DNA of 64,000 nucleotides from Armatimonadota bacterium (GTDB lineage Bacteria; Armatimonadota; SYMT01): NCBI GenBank assembly GCA_041690135.1, contig JAWLHY010000011.1, positions 64,001 to 128,000 of the forward strand, read 5' to 3'. Shown piece by piece: positions 39,720 to 48,772 of this stretch (position 1 is its first letter; each line of letters starts with the position of its first letter). The notes under the pieces were generated by a model. It saw only the letters and a program-made list of their open reading frames with translations, ran no database searches and was not told where the DNA came from. The position numbers and the translations under genes were made by a program.

Positions 39720-40064
39720 GTGCAACGGATTGAACCGCGAGAGTTGAACGAGGAACTGCAGCGCGGCGGCGTTTGCGTGCTTGATGTGCGGAGCGAGAGT
39801 GCTTTTGCACAAGCCAACGAGCATATCCCCGGCGACACGCGCCACTCACCCGACCAACTGGAACAGTGGTGGAGCCAGGTCCCCAGGGACTGCCACGTCG
39901 TCACGTTCTGTACCTGACCGAACGAAGCGACTTCCGCCCGGGTGGCGGAATTCCTCGAAAGCCAGGGCTACCGTGCCGACGCCTTGCTGGGCGGCTTCGA
40001 CGCCTGGAAGGAGCAGGGCTTCGCAACGGAGCCACTCCGTACGGCCACTCGCCGCGCAGCCTGA
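39720..40064 (+). CDS. Putative rhodanese-like selenoprotein (C-T-U-P-N-E; UGA 39915-39917)
   Basis: LDVR..., HIPG, VVTFCT*PNEATSARVA...LLGGFDAWKEQG; the complete rhodanese domain only forms by reading through TGA. Confidence 0.88.
39932..39950 (+). promoter_or_regulatory. Candidate bacterial SECIS element
   Basis: TTCCGCC-CGGGT-GGCGGAA perfect 7-bp stem; G-rich loop starts 21 nt after the UGA. Confidence 0.7.
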
Positions 40065-40101
40065 TACGACGGGGGACGAAATCGCCCGTCCCCCGTCACA
40101 C

Positions 40102-41541
40102 TCACTCGCGCCGGTAGAGATACCATGACCAGCCGGAGAGCCCGCGGTGGGGAAAGGCGCGGGCCAGCCGGAAGCGGCGACCGGCGGCATCCGTCCAGAT
40201 TTCCGGCGGCGCGGTTTCCCCTTCCAGGCGGTGGACGAGGGTCCACTCCACGCCTTCGGGTGGGTATTGCTCCTGGTCGAAGTAGACCTGGGTCTTCCCG
40301 GCGGGGGCGTAGGGCCAGTAGTAATCCAGGAGCATCCGGTTACGAAAATCGTGGTCGCTCGCCACGGACACGCGTTCGCCGGCGGTCTGGCTCGCCAGGT
40401 ACTGCACCGCCTCGCGGTAACTCCCCCGGCCGTAGGTGGTGAGGGTGTTCAGGTGGATCAGGTTGCCGGTGGTCCATGCCGCGGCGAGGCAGAGCGCCAT
40501 CGCCCGGATCGCCCGCCCACCCGCCAGTGCCCTGCCGAGCAGACTGGCCAGCAGGATGAGCAGGCAGGTCGCGCAGACCAGGAAATACCGCTCGAACAGC
40601 GCGTCCGGTTGCCGCAGTGCCAGCAGGAGCGCGGGCGAGATCACGATGGCGACGAGGTAGAAAATCCACTCGTCCGCACCCTGCCGCCGTAGCGCGGTGA
40701 GCCCGGCCATGCACAATCCCGCCGCCAAGACCAGCGCGACCCAGGGCCCGAAGCCCGCGACGGGCAGACCGAGCGTGTACGCCGCGGTAGTCGCCGCCAC
40801 GCCGGGAATGGAGTATTCGTTTCGGCCGCCGATCGTCAGGTGGCGCAGGTCGACCCAGTAGAGCGCCGCGAGCCCCAGCCACACGGGAAGATGAACGAGC
40901 GCCAGTGATCGCAGCGTGTCCGGCCAGGAAGACCGCTCGCGGACCCGGCGGAGGGTGGTCCAGGCCAGCAGCCCCAGGTAGACGTGGATGAAGGTGAGGT
41001 GAGAGAGGAAGCCAAGGAGGATGCTCCCGGCCAGGAGGAGTGCCCGGGCCGGGGAGGACTGCTCCACGTACCGGTACGCCAGCAGCAAAGAAAGCAGGGT
41101 GCAGAAAACCGCGAACCCGTAGCCCCGCGCCTCCGAGGAGTACTGGATGAGCAGAAAAGAGAGGGCAGTCAACCCCATCGCCGCCACGGCTGCTGCCGTC
41201 CCAGCGCGCGCGCCGACCCGGCCCGCCAGCCCTACCGTGGCGGCCCCGGCCAGCACCGCCGGCAGCCGGTACACCCACCAGAGCGCCTGGTCCCCCAGGA
41301 AGTAGAGGAACAGCGTATTGAGCGGGTGGTTGTTGTCGTGGTGGAGCTCCGTCAGCACCCCGAGCGGGCTCTGCAGGCGCTGTGCCATGCGCAGCGACCA
41401 GATCTCGTCCAGCCAGAAGTCGTTCATCGCCGCCGCCGCCCGCAGCAGCAGCGCGATCACAAGAAACCCCAGCATCGCCAGGGGAAGCGACGTTCGGGGA
41501 ACCGGATGTTCCGCACTTCCGGGTTTCGGTGCTCCAGACAT
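40102..41541 (-). CDS. GT-C membrane glycosyltransferase (GT39/PMT-like)
   Basis: FWLDE; DNNHPL; RLPA; YSSEARGY; many TM helices. Confidence 0.88.
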   Translation of the reverse strand: MSGAPKPGSAEHPVPRTSLPLAMLGFLVIALLLRAAAAMNDFWLDEIWSLRMAQRLQSPLGVLTELHHDNNHPLNTLFLYFLGDQALWWVYRLPAVLAGAATVGLAGRVGARAGTAAAVAAMGLTALSFLLIQYSSEARGYGFAVFCTLLSLLLAYRYVEQSSPARALLLAGSILLGFLSHLTFIHVYLGLLAWTTLRRVRERSSWPDTLRSLALVHLPVWLGLAALYWVDLRHLTIGGRNEYSIPGVAATTAAYTLGLPVAGFGPWVALVLAAGLCMAGLTALRRQGADEWIFYLVAIVISPALLLALRQPDALFERYFLVCATCLLILLASLLGRALAGGRAIRAMALCLAAAWTTGNLIHLNTLTTYGRGSYREAVQYLASQTAGERVSVASDHDFRNRMLLDYYWPYAPAGKTQVYFDQEQYPPEGVEWTLVHRLEGETAPPEIWTDAAGRRFRLARAFPHRGLSGWSWYLYRRE

Positions 41542-41755
41542 TCAGGCCACCCCTCGGGTAGAAGATTCAGGCGGTCAGATACCGTGTAAACCCAGAAGAC
41601 GGTGTGCCCGGCTGATTGGGAAGTCATGTTGCATGAGGATGGGGCTCCGAGAGTGCAGCCTGTTAGCACCCTGCGCCCCGCATATTTGAGATCGTGTGCT
41701 CCGCCTGACCGACACACCGGGAGCCATCCTCGATCCTCACCCGAAGATACCACGG

Positions 41756-44700
41756 TTACACCTGCACGGACCCCGCCTGAGGCCCGCCGACCGGAGAAGC
41801 TGGTTCTGACTCCGCCAGAACCAGGACCAAGCGGCGCTCTTCGGGGTCCAGTTCGACGATCCGGACTGGGAGCGTATCGCCGGTCTGGGGGTCCTCGGCG
41901 GAGGTCCCGGCATTCACCTCCGGGGCCTCTTCCAGGTTAACGAAGCCTTCCAGCCCGCCTTCCAGCATCACGAGAACTCCCTTGGACGCCCGCCTTACCA
42001 CAGTGGCGGCGACCACCGCGCCGGGGCTATACCGCCCGGGTGCATGGGGCCAGGGGTCCGGCTGCGTCTGGCGCATGCTAAGGGAGATGCGCCCCTGCTC
42101 CAGATCGGTCTTGCAGACCATCACCTGGATTTCGTCGCCCTTGTTGAGCATTTCGGTGGGATGCCGGATGCGCGTCCAGGAAAGCTCGCTGATGTGGAGC
42201 AGGCCGTCGATGCCGCCGAGGTCCACGAAGGCGCCATAATCGACGAGCCGGGCGACCACGCCGCTCCGTACCTGCCCTGTGGTAATCGTTCGCAGGGTTT
42301 CCTCGCGGAGTGCGGCCTGCTCAACTTCGAAGACCCGCCGGTGGGAGAGCACGAGTTTCTGACGAGCACGATCCACTTCGACTACCTTCAGGGGCAACTG
42401 AGTGTCCACATATCTTTCCGGGTTCGGCTCGTTGCCGCTGCCGATATGCGTGTTGGGTACGAAACCCCGGACCCCGAGATCCACCACCAGACCCCCCTTT
42501 ACCCGTGCGGTGACGGTTGCCGTCAAGGTTGCATCATTCGCGTGAGCCGTCACCATCCGATCCCAGGTGCTCTTCCAATTGGCGAACTGCTCCATCCACT
42601 CCGCGCACCGTTCTTTCGTCCTGCGGTCAGAATCAGACCAGAAGGTTTCACTCTCCAGCAGGGCGTCCACTCGTGCAATCAGGCTACTCCAGTGTCGGAC
42701 GTACTCTTCGGCTGGGTGCTGTCGTGAACACGGGTGTTCGAGATAGGTAAGAAGCAGGCGGTCTACTCGTTCCCGCGCGGACCCTTCTTGCATCCCCGGC
42801 GCTCCAACGAGTTGGTGGAGTACCATCCCGATCTGTTTACCTGAGACCGGCTCGATCTCACTGCAACCGAAAAGTGCGCCCAGAACGGCCTCCGCCGTGA
42901 GAAGGACCTGATCCTCGAAGCCCTCTCGCTGGAGTTGGCGGTTGAGGCGCGACAACCTCCACATGACATCCGGGTGGTTAGGAAAGTGGCGACACCAATA
43001 GAGGCTGTGGATGAGCAAATCGTCGGAGAGGTTCTTCTCTTTGGTCACCCACGTCAGCACAAAGGTTGCCACTTCGAGATTCCGGTGAGTCAGGAGCCAG
43101 CCAGCCAGTGCAGTAGCCACGTTCGGCAGACCCCCTCCGTTTTCAAGCCACGCACTGTAAACGAAGCTGGCCTCCAGACTGCTGCCGTGCCTGTCAAGCC
43201 AGGCGAGAAGCGCGGCTTCCACGCTCGCCACTGCACCACCGTTGTTAAGGTAAGCAGCAATCACATAGTTGGCATCCAGATGGCCACCGTGCTGTTCGAT
43301 CCAGGCGAGCAGCGGCGTCTCCACCGGTGCCAGCGGGCCTCCGTGCTCCAGCCAGACACGATAGACGAAGTCAGCATCAGGGCGGCTGCCGTGCTGTTCG
43401 ATCCAGGCGAGCAGCGAGGTCTGCACCTGTGCCAGCGTGCCGCCGTGGTTCAGATATCCGGGATAGACGAAGCTAGCTTCCGGAGTGCGGCCGTGCTGTT
43501 CGATCCAGGCGAGGAGCCGCGTCTCTATCTGTGCCAGCGAGCCGCCGTGGTTCAGGTACGCAACAAATACGAAGCGGGCTTCCGGAGTGCGGCCGTGCTG
43601 TTCGATCCAGGCGAGGAGCCGCGTCTCTATCTGTGCCAGCGAGCCGCCGTGGTTCAGATATCCGGGATAGACGAAGCTAGCTTCCGGAGTGCGGCCGTGC
43701 TGTTCGATCCAGGCGAGGAGCCGCGTCTCTATCTGTGCCAGCGAGCCGCCGTGGTTCAGGTACGCAACAAATACGAAGCGGGCTTCCGGAGTGCGGCCGT
43801 GCTGTTCGATCCAGGCGAGGAGCCGCGTCTCTATCTGTGCCAGCGAGCCGCCGTGGTTCAGATATCCGGGATAGACGAAGCTAGCTTCCGGAGTGCGGCC
43901 GTGCTGTTCGATCCAGGCGAGGAGCCGCGTCTCTATCTGTGCCAGCGAGCCGCCGTGGTTCAGGTACGCAACAAATACGAAGCGGGCTTCCGGAGTGCGA
44001 CCGTGCTGTTCGATCCAGGCGAGGAGCCGCGTCTCGACCGGTGCCAGCGAGCCGCCGTGGTTCAGGTACGCAACAAATACGAAGCTGGCTTCCGGAGTGC
44101 GGCCGTGCTGTTCGATCCAGGCGAGTAGCCGCGTCTCGACCGGTGCCAGCGGGCCGCCATGTTCCAGCCATGCAGGGTAGACGAAGCGGGCATCCGGAGT
44201 GCTGCCGTGCTGTTCGATCCAGGCGAGTAGCCGCGTCTCTATCTGTGCCAGTGAGCCGCCGTGCTCCAGCCACGCACGGAAGACGAAGCTGGCTTTCGGA
44301 TGGGTCCGCCACTGGGTTAACCAGTGGCGGACGTGCTCTTCGATTGTAGCGGGTATAAGGCCGGCTTCCAGCCAGGACACCAGGAGAAAATGAGTTTGCA
44401 ACTCAACCGGGTGCCGTTCGATCCAGCCCAGGGCTGCTTCTTGCAGCCATTCCGGGTAGAGCCGGAGACCCCAATTCAGGACAAAGTTGCTCTCATCGGC
44501 CGCCCCGGCTGCGCGCTCTACCCAACTCTTGAAGCTGAGCAGTGCCTCGGCGCCAAGATCCGGCTGTGCCTCGCGAACCAACCATCTCGCGAGATGTCCG
44601 AGGATGTTCTGAAACCAGGTTTCTCGGTGATCTCCTTCCCAGAGCCCTGGATGCTCATGAAGCAGGAGGAACTGATCCCGGGTTTCGAGGAGTGGTGTCC

Positions 44701-46441
44701 GGAGAACGAGATCCCGCGCTTCTCGCCAGGCGTCCGGATTCGACTGGATGCCTTTCCGGATGAGGGAAAGCCAGGTAACGCCGGCAATCCGGGGCTGATC
44801 CACCAGCCGCTGCAAGGTCTCCAGGGCAGGGCGCAGGCAGCGCAGTTCCGCAGCCATGGCAAGAAGCTCAGTTCCATAGAGCTGGGCTGTCGCCTGGGAC
44901 CCCTCGAGGTGATGCAGCACGATCTCATCGGAGAGCACGTCGTGAAGCGCACGCCACTGGGGAGCTTCTTCCACGTCGCTGCTGGACTGGATGACCCATC
45001 CGTCTTCCGCCAGTCTCCCCAGGAGCGACCGGGCCGGTCCTTCCAGCCGGTTCACCGCGGTGGTGGAAAGGGGCAAAATGGCAACCAGGAGGGCCAACTC
45101 CCGACTAACGTCCATTCCCGGAAAAGTGAGGGAAACACGCCGGTCCACCCAGTTCGCGAAATCTTTCTCCGCGAGCAGGTCCCCCAGGTCAATCCCGCGG
45201 CCCTGCGAGTGCAGGAAGGCCATAAACATGGCCAACGCGGGAACATCGCGGCAGCGTTCCAGGTGGGTTGGGGTCACCTCGATCCCGGCGTGGGTGAGGA
45301 TGTGACGGACGACCTGGAGGCGGAGTTCCCGGTTCCACGTTTCGCTTTCGGGGGCGGTGAGGCTCACCCCTTGCTCGGTGTCGGAATGGGTGATCTGGTG
45401 CTGGTAATAGCTGCTGCGGCAGTTAGCCACGTAGTGGAGTGACAGGCCGAAGCTGTCGCGGATGTCGTGAAGGCGTTCTCGGAGTTCCTCGAAATGGCGC
45501 TGCCTCTCGAGGTAATCGATCACCAGCAGCACGCGGTCTGAAGGAGAGAGACGGGCGACGACCGCATCCAGGTCTTGCGTCCGGACGCTGGGGCCGACCG
45601 TAAGCACGAGCCAGCCGCAGCGCTGCGCCAGGCGGGCCAACTCCAGCGTGAGGCGGGTCTTTCCCGTCCCGCCGGGGCCGGTGATCACGAGCCCGTCCCA
45701 CTCTCCGCGTTCCAGGGAGGCCAGCAGCTCTTCTTCGCCTGCGATACCGGCGTCCGCCAGGTCGGGCCGATCTTGCAGAAACCGGCTGCGACTGTAGTAG
45801 GGAATGGCGTCGCTGTTGAGGTAGGTTCGGAACGACCCGGCCAGGTCTGCATCCGAGAAGACGCGGATCCCTGTTGGTCGCGCGCGGCGAAACCACCGGA
45901 ACTGGAGGAGCGCCCTTTGCTGGAGGATGCCTTCGAAGTCGCCCCAGTCAAAGACTCGCACCTTCAGGCCGGCGAGGTGGTTCAGGTGGGGGAAGTCGTG
46001 GGTCAGGGTCTCGAACTCGCGTTGGATGTGCTGCTGGAGAGTATCGTCCTGGCTCTGGTTCTTTACCCGGGCGCTGACGCAGAAGAAGTATTCCCGAATC
46101 GGGCGATCCTTCCGGTACCACGGAGCGTACTGCCCCTGGCCGCGCGTGGGCCCGGTGGGTGATTGGAGGTGCTTCCGGAGATGCTCGCTTACGTCCTTCC
46201 AGGCATCCTGGGCGGCTCGCAGGTCATTGCGGCCTACGAACTTGCACTCACCGACCTTCAGTTCCGCGCCGGGATCGGCGCTCAAGTCGATGGCCCCGTC
46301 CTTCCCGCCGGTGGGAAAGAGGTGGAGACCGGGATACTCCGGGTAAAGGCAGTCATAAACGAAGCGTTGGAACGCGTCGGTGATGTCTTCCCCCAGCAAG
46401 GCTGGGTCCAATTCGTGCTGTTGGAACTCCGGTATGATCAT
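41756..46441 (-). CDS. NLR-like STAND NTPase: PD-(D/E)xK nuclease-like N-terminus, NTPase, 34-aa tandem repeats, three C-terminal S1 domains
   Basis: FQRFV...KDGAID...ECK; Walker A GPGGTGKT; Walker B LLVIDYLE; 34-aa repeats; RpsA-like RVKGGLVVDLGVRGFVP and YGAFVDLGGIDGLLHISELSW. Confidence 0.9.
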   Translation of the reverse strand: MIIPEFQQHELDPALLGEDITDAFQRFVYDCLYPEYPGLHLFPTGGKDGAIDLSADPGAELKVGECKFVGRNDLRAAQDAWKDVSEHLRKHLQSPTGPTRGQGQYAPWYRKDRPIREYFFCVSARVKNQSQDDTLQQHIQREFETLTHDFPHLNHLAGLKVRVFDWGDFEGILQQRALLQFRWFRRARPTGIRVFSDADLAGSFRTYLNSDAIPYYSRSRFLQDRPDLADAGIAGEEELLASLERGEWDGLVITGPGGTGKTRLTLELARLAQRCGWLVLTVGPSVRTQDLDAVVARLSPSDRVLLVIDYLERQRHFEELRERLHDIRDSFGLSLHYVANCRSSYYQHQITHSDTEQGVSLTAPESETWNRELRLQVVRHILTHAGIEVTPTHLERCRDVPALAMFMAFLHSQGRGIDLGDLLAEKDFANWVDRRVSLTFPGMDVSRELALLVAILPLSTTAVNRLEGPARSLLGRLAEDGWVIQSSSDVEEAPQWRALHDVLSDEIVLHHLEGSQATAQLYGTELLAMAAELRCLRPALETLQRLVDQPRIAGVTWLSLIRKGIQSNPDAWREARDLVLRTPLLETRDQFLLLHEHPGLWEGDHRETWFQNILGHLARWLVREAQPDLGAEALLSFKSWVERAAGAADESNFVLNWGLRLYPEWLQEAALGWIERHPVELQTHFLLVSWLEAGLIPATIEEHVRHWLTQWRTHPKASFVFRAWLEHGGSLAQIETRLLAWIEQHGSTPDARFVYPAWLEHGGPLAPVETRLLAWIEQHGRTPEASFVFVAYLNHGGSLAPVETRLLAWIEQHGRTPEARFVFVAYLNHGGSLAQIETRLLAWIEQHGRTPEASFVYPGYLNHGGSLAQIETRLLAWIEQHGRTPEARFVFVAYLNHGGSLAQIETRLLAWIEQHGRTPEASFVYPGYLNHGGSLAQIETRLLAWIEQHGRTPEARFVFVAYLNHGGSLAQIETRLLAWIEQHGRTPEASFVYPGYLNHGGTLAQVQTSLLAWIEQHGSRPDADFVYRVWLEHGGPLAPVETPLLAWIEQHGGHLDANYVIAAYLNNGGAVASVEAALLAWLDRHGSSLEASFVYSAWLENGGGLPNVATALAGWLLTHRNLEVATFVLTWVTKEKNLSDDLLIHSLYWCRHFPNHPDVMWRLSRLNRQLQREGFEDQVLLTAEAVLGALFGCSEIEPVSGKQIGMVLHQLVGAPGMQEGSARERVDRLLLTYLEHPCSRQHPAEEYVRHWSSLIARVDALLESETFWSDSDRRTKERCAEWMEQFANWKSTWDRMVTAHANDATLTATVTARVKGGLVVDLGVRGFVPNTHIGSGNEPNPERYVDTQLPLKVVEVDRARQKLVLSHRRVFEVEQAALREETLRTITTGQVRSGVVARLVDYGAFVDLGGIDGLLHISELSWTRIRHPTEMLNKGDEIQVMVCKTDLEQGRISLSMRQTQPDPWPHAPGRYSPGAVVAATVVRRASKGVLVMLEGGLEGFVNLEEAPEVNAGTSAEDPQTGDTLPVRIVELDPEERRLVLVLAESEPASPVGGPQAGSVQV
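43082..44305 (-). repeat. Intragenic tandem array of 12 x 102-bp (34-aa) repeats; about 2 more degenerate units upstream
   Basis: Consensus RTPEAxFVxxxYLNHGGSLAQIETRLLAWIEQHG; central units nearly identical in DNA. Confidence 0.95.
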
Positions 46442-46494
46442 CCTGGCCGTGAGTCGGTAATCGCAGCCGGGAGACCTGGCTGCTGTCCGGCGTG

Positions 46495-46530
46495 CCGCAG
46501 AATGACGAAGTAGCCTCCGTCATTCTGTGG
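46495..46530. promoter_or_regulatory. Palindrome upstream of the STAND gene (possible operator or hairpin)
   Basis: CAGAATGACG-N10-CGTCATTCTG perfect 10-bp arms. Confidence 0.45.
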
Positions 46531-46770
46531 TGGAAGCTGGAGAGGGGCTCCCGGCACAGACCGGTCGCCTTCCGGCTCAGGTATTCACCAGGCGTCTACG
46601 GAATCTCTCCTCGAGCGCGGTCAGCATTCAAGCGAAGACGGGGCCAGCCGCAAAAAACACCCCAGCGAGGTGGGTCGCTACTTCTCTAACAGGCACCGCT
46701 AAGCTCACGGCTGCCATCTCGAAGCAGGACATCCAGAATCCAGAGCATCTCTCCCCCCAGGATTCCCAAA

Positions 46771-46824
46771 CTCGGAACTCGGAACCTGAAACTCGGAACT
46801 TTTACCACCCGCGGCGTGGCGGAC
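46771..46824 (-). repeat. Inverted copy of the 25388..25461 repeat unit
   Basis: Reverse complement reads TCCGCCACGCCGCGGGTGGTAAAAGTTCCGAG plus GTTCCGA heptamers. Confidence 0.75.
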
Positions 46825-47357
46825 CTTCACCCACCAGCCGCGTCAAAGCCGCCGGTGCGCTTCCGCAGTTGTTCTCCTTCCCTTTCGCGTTTTCGTAATT
46901 TCGTGTTTTCGCCCATACGGGCGTCCGTATGGACGTGTTAGCCCGCGCAGCGGCCCCTCTGCCAACTCTGCGCCGGGAGTTTTGCGTAATTCTGTGTAAC
47001 AGGCAACCAGGGGTTTTGTGGATTGTGTGTATTGTGTGCATAGGGGGCCGGGGTCTATTTGATCCTGCTTCCAGCGACCCCGCCCCACTCCGGCGGGGCA
47101 CCCCGGCGGCCATTCGGGCTGTCCGGCCTCGCATAGGACCGCCGGCGCGGGTCCTGGCGCTTACGGGCCACGGCGGCAATCGTCGCCACCCCACAGTCCC
47201 AAGGTGGGTCCGGTTCGGCGGAACGGGCGGGCTAACCCCAAGCTCGCGAAGGCCAGCCTCTCAGCTGGACTCCGTCAAGGACCAGGCGCTCCCCCGGGCT
47301 TGCCGCACAGGTAGGGAAAACGATTGGCGCAAGTCTCCGAAGCCAGGCCCGTGCAAC

Positions 47358-47523
47358 TAAGGGGATGGGGGAAGTATCTGAACAGTTTTGACCCCGCAGC
47401 ACGAACCTGTTTCTCCACTCGGATCAGCGAGGCTTGCCGGAGTGACGGCGCCGGGTACCCCGTACGGGGTGTCGGCCTCCAAGTGGCGTACCGTACCTGC
47501 TCAGTTACTTCCACACCCCCTTA
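47358..47523. mobile_element. MITE-like element (about 166 bp) with imperfect ~27-bp terminal inverted repeats and TA flanks
   Basis: Left TAAGGGGATGGGGGAAGTATCTGAACAG vs reverse complement of right TAAGGGGGTGTGGAAGTAACTGAGCAG; second partial copy at 30777. Confidence 0.7.
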
Positions 47524-47999
47524 CCTGCGCCTTGACAGACTGTATTAGCCCGCGCAGCGCTGCTTCCTTTCGCCATTCCCGTTTGGTCCACTCCGGATCC
47601 TGGCGCTCTTCCGCAGTTGCTCCCTTTCCCTTTCGCGTGTAAGGCACCCTCTGGGACTTTCGCGGTTTTGCGTCTTCGCTCCCCTGCGGAACCCTATGGG
47701 CTTTATCACTTTCGCCGTCGTGAATTTTCGTGTTTTCGCTCTTTCGCTCTTTCGTGTTAGCCGCACAGCGCCCCTCTGCCGGCCCAGCCACCCCTTGAGT
47801 CTCGTTCCCGTCCCCTCAGGTCCTGCTCGTAATCCTCATCCTGATCCGCAGGCGTGTCTTCCTGACCCGATTCGCGGTCCGAAACCGGATTGGTGCCGGA
47901 CAACCGCCGCACGCCCCTGTAAACTGCCTTGCAGAGATGCCACGCGCGGAACGGCAGACACCTTTCGAGGGGCGCCCTTCCGAGGGAGCCTCCGCAGCC

Positions 48000-48755
48000 A
48001 TGAGCCCGGTCCCGGCCGTTTCCCAAACGGTCGGGACCGCGGCCCCCTCTCCCTGTGCCGGCCTCTTCCCGGAGCGGGGGCAGCAGCTCTCCCAGGCATT
48101 GGCGGAGGACCGGGTCCAGCGGGAACGCCTCCGGAAGGGGTTGGAGCGGAAGCTGGCCTGGGGACGGCGCGTAGAATGGTGGGGGCGCAATGGCTGTGTC
48201 GCCGCCGGGCTGGGAATTGCGCTCCTTTGGGCTTGCACCTTCTTAAGCTTTATGAGCGGCAGCTTTTGGCTATGGGGTGCCATCTTGTATGGGACGCTGG
48301 GCCTCGTGGTGGGAAGCCCGCTCGTCGCCGCCGCGGGTCGCGCCTGGTGCCGGTGGGTGGTGCGGCGCGCCAGCATGCTGGCTATTGATGATCTCGAGCA
48401 CTCCCGAGGCGGCAAGCAGCCATCGGCTGAAGCCGAACCGAGGGTGCCTTCGCGAGCGCAGGCGGAGATGCAACAGAAGATCGACGCCGAATACGCTGCC
48501 GAAATCCGCACCTCCGGCTACTGCTTGGTAATGTGCTCTCTCGGTCTCGGTCTCGCGGTGTCGATAGGCCTGTGGCCATACCCGGGTGACATTGCCACCC
48601 CTGCGATGATCTGTGGAGCCGTTTTGCTGTTGGTGCTGCTGCCGGTGGTGGCGGTGTGGCGAGTCAATTCCTGGGCGATACGGAGGGAATACTTGCGTCA
48701 GGCAGCGGCGGAAGGGCTCGCGGTCTACGATCCCGCGGCAGCCCAAGACCGTTGA
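48000..48755 (+). CDS. Hypothetical 4-TM membrane protein (paralog A)
   Basis: Aligns by eye with the next ORF (LAWGR.VE..GRNGC; RRA..LAI.DL; AAAEG..VYDPAA). Confidence 0.75.
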   Translation: MSPVPAVSQTVGTAAPSPCAGLFPERGQQLSQALAEDRVQRERLRKGLERKLAWGRRVEWWGRNGCVAAGLGIALLWACTFLSFMSGSFWLWGAILYGTLGLVVGSPLVAAAGRAWCRWVVRRASMLAIDDLEHSRGGKQPSAEAEPRVPSRAQAEMQQKIDAEYAAEIRTSGYCLVMCSLGLGLAVSIGLWPYPGDIATPAMICGAVLLLVLLPVVAVWRVNSWAIRREYLRQAAAEGLAVYDPAAAQDR

Positions 48756-48772
48756 AAATTCAGGAGAGCGAC

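Noticed and set aside
41756-42570. Calling this the cell's rpsA gene
   Set aside because: It lacks the first S1 domain, has an eroded last domain and is fused in frame to a STAND protein
42935-44128. 397-aa repetitive ORF on the + strand
   Set aside because: Antisense shadow of the repeat array; a stop-free unit repeats automatically
43082-44305. Regular ~102-bp repeats as a CRISPR array, or as a confirmed TAL effector
   Set aside because: Repeats are contiguous, in frame and lack unique spacers or cas genes. The TALE resemblance is by eye only, offset, and not variable at the RVD-like position, so it is kept as a hypothesis
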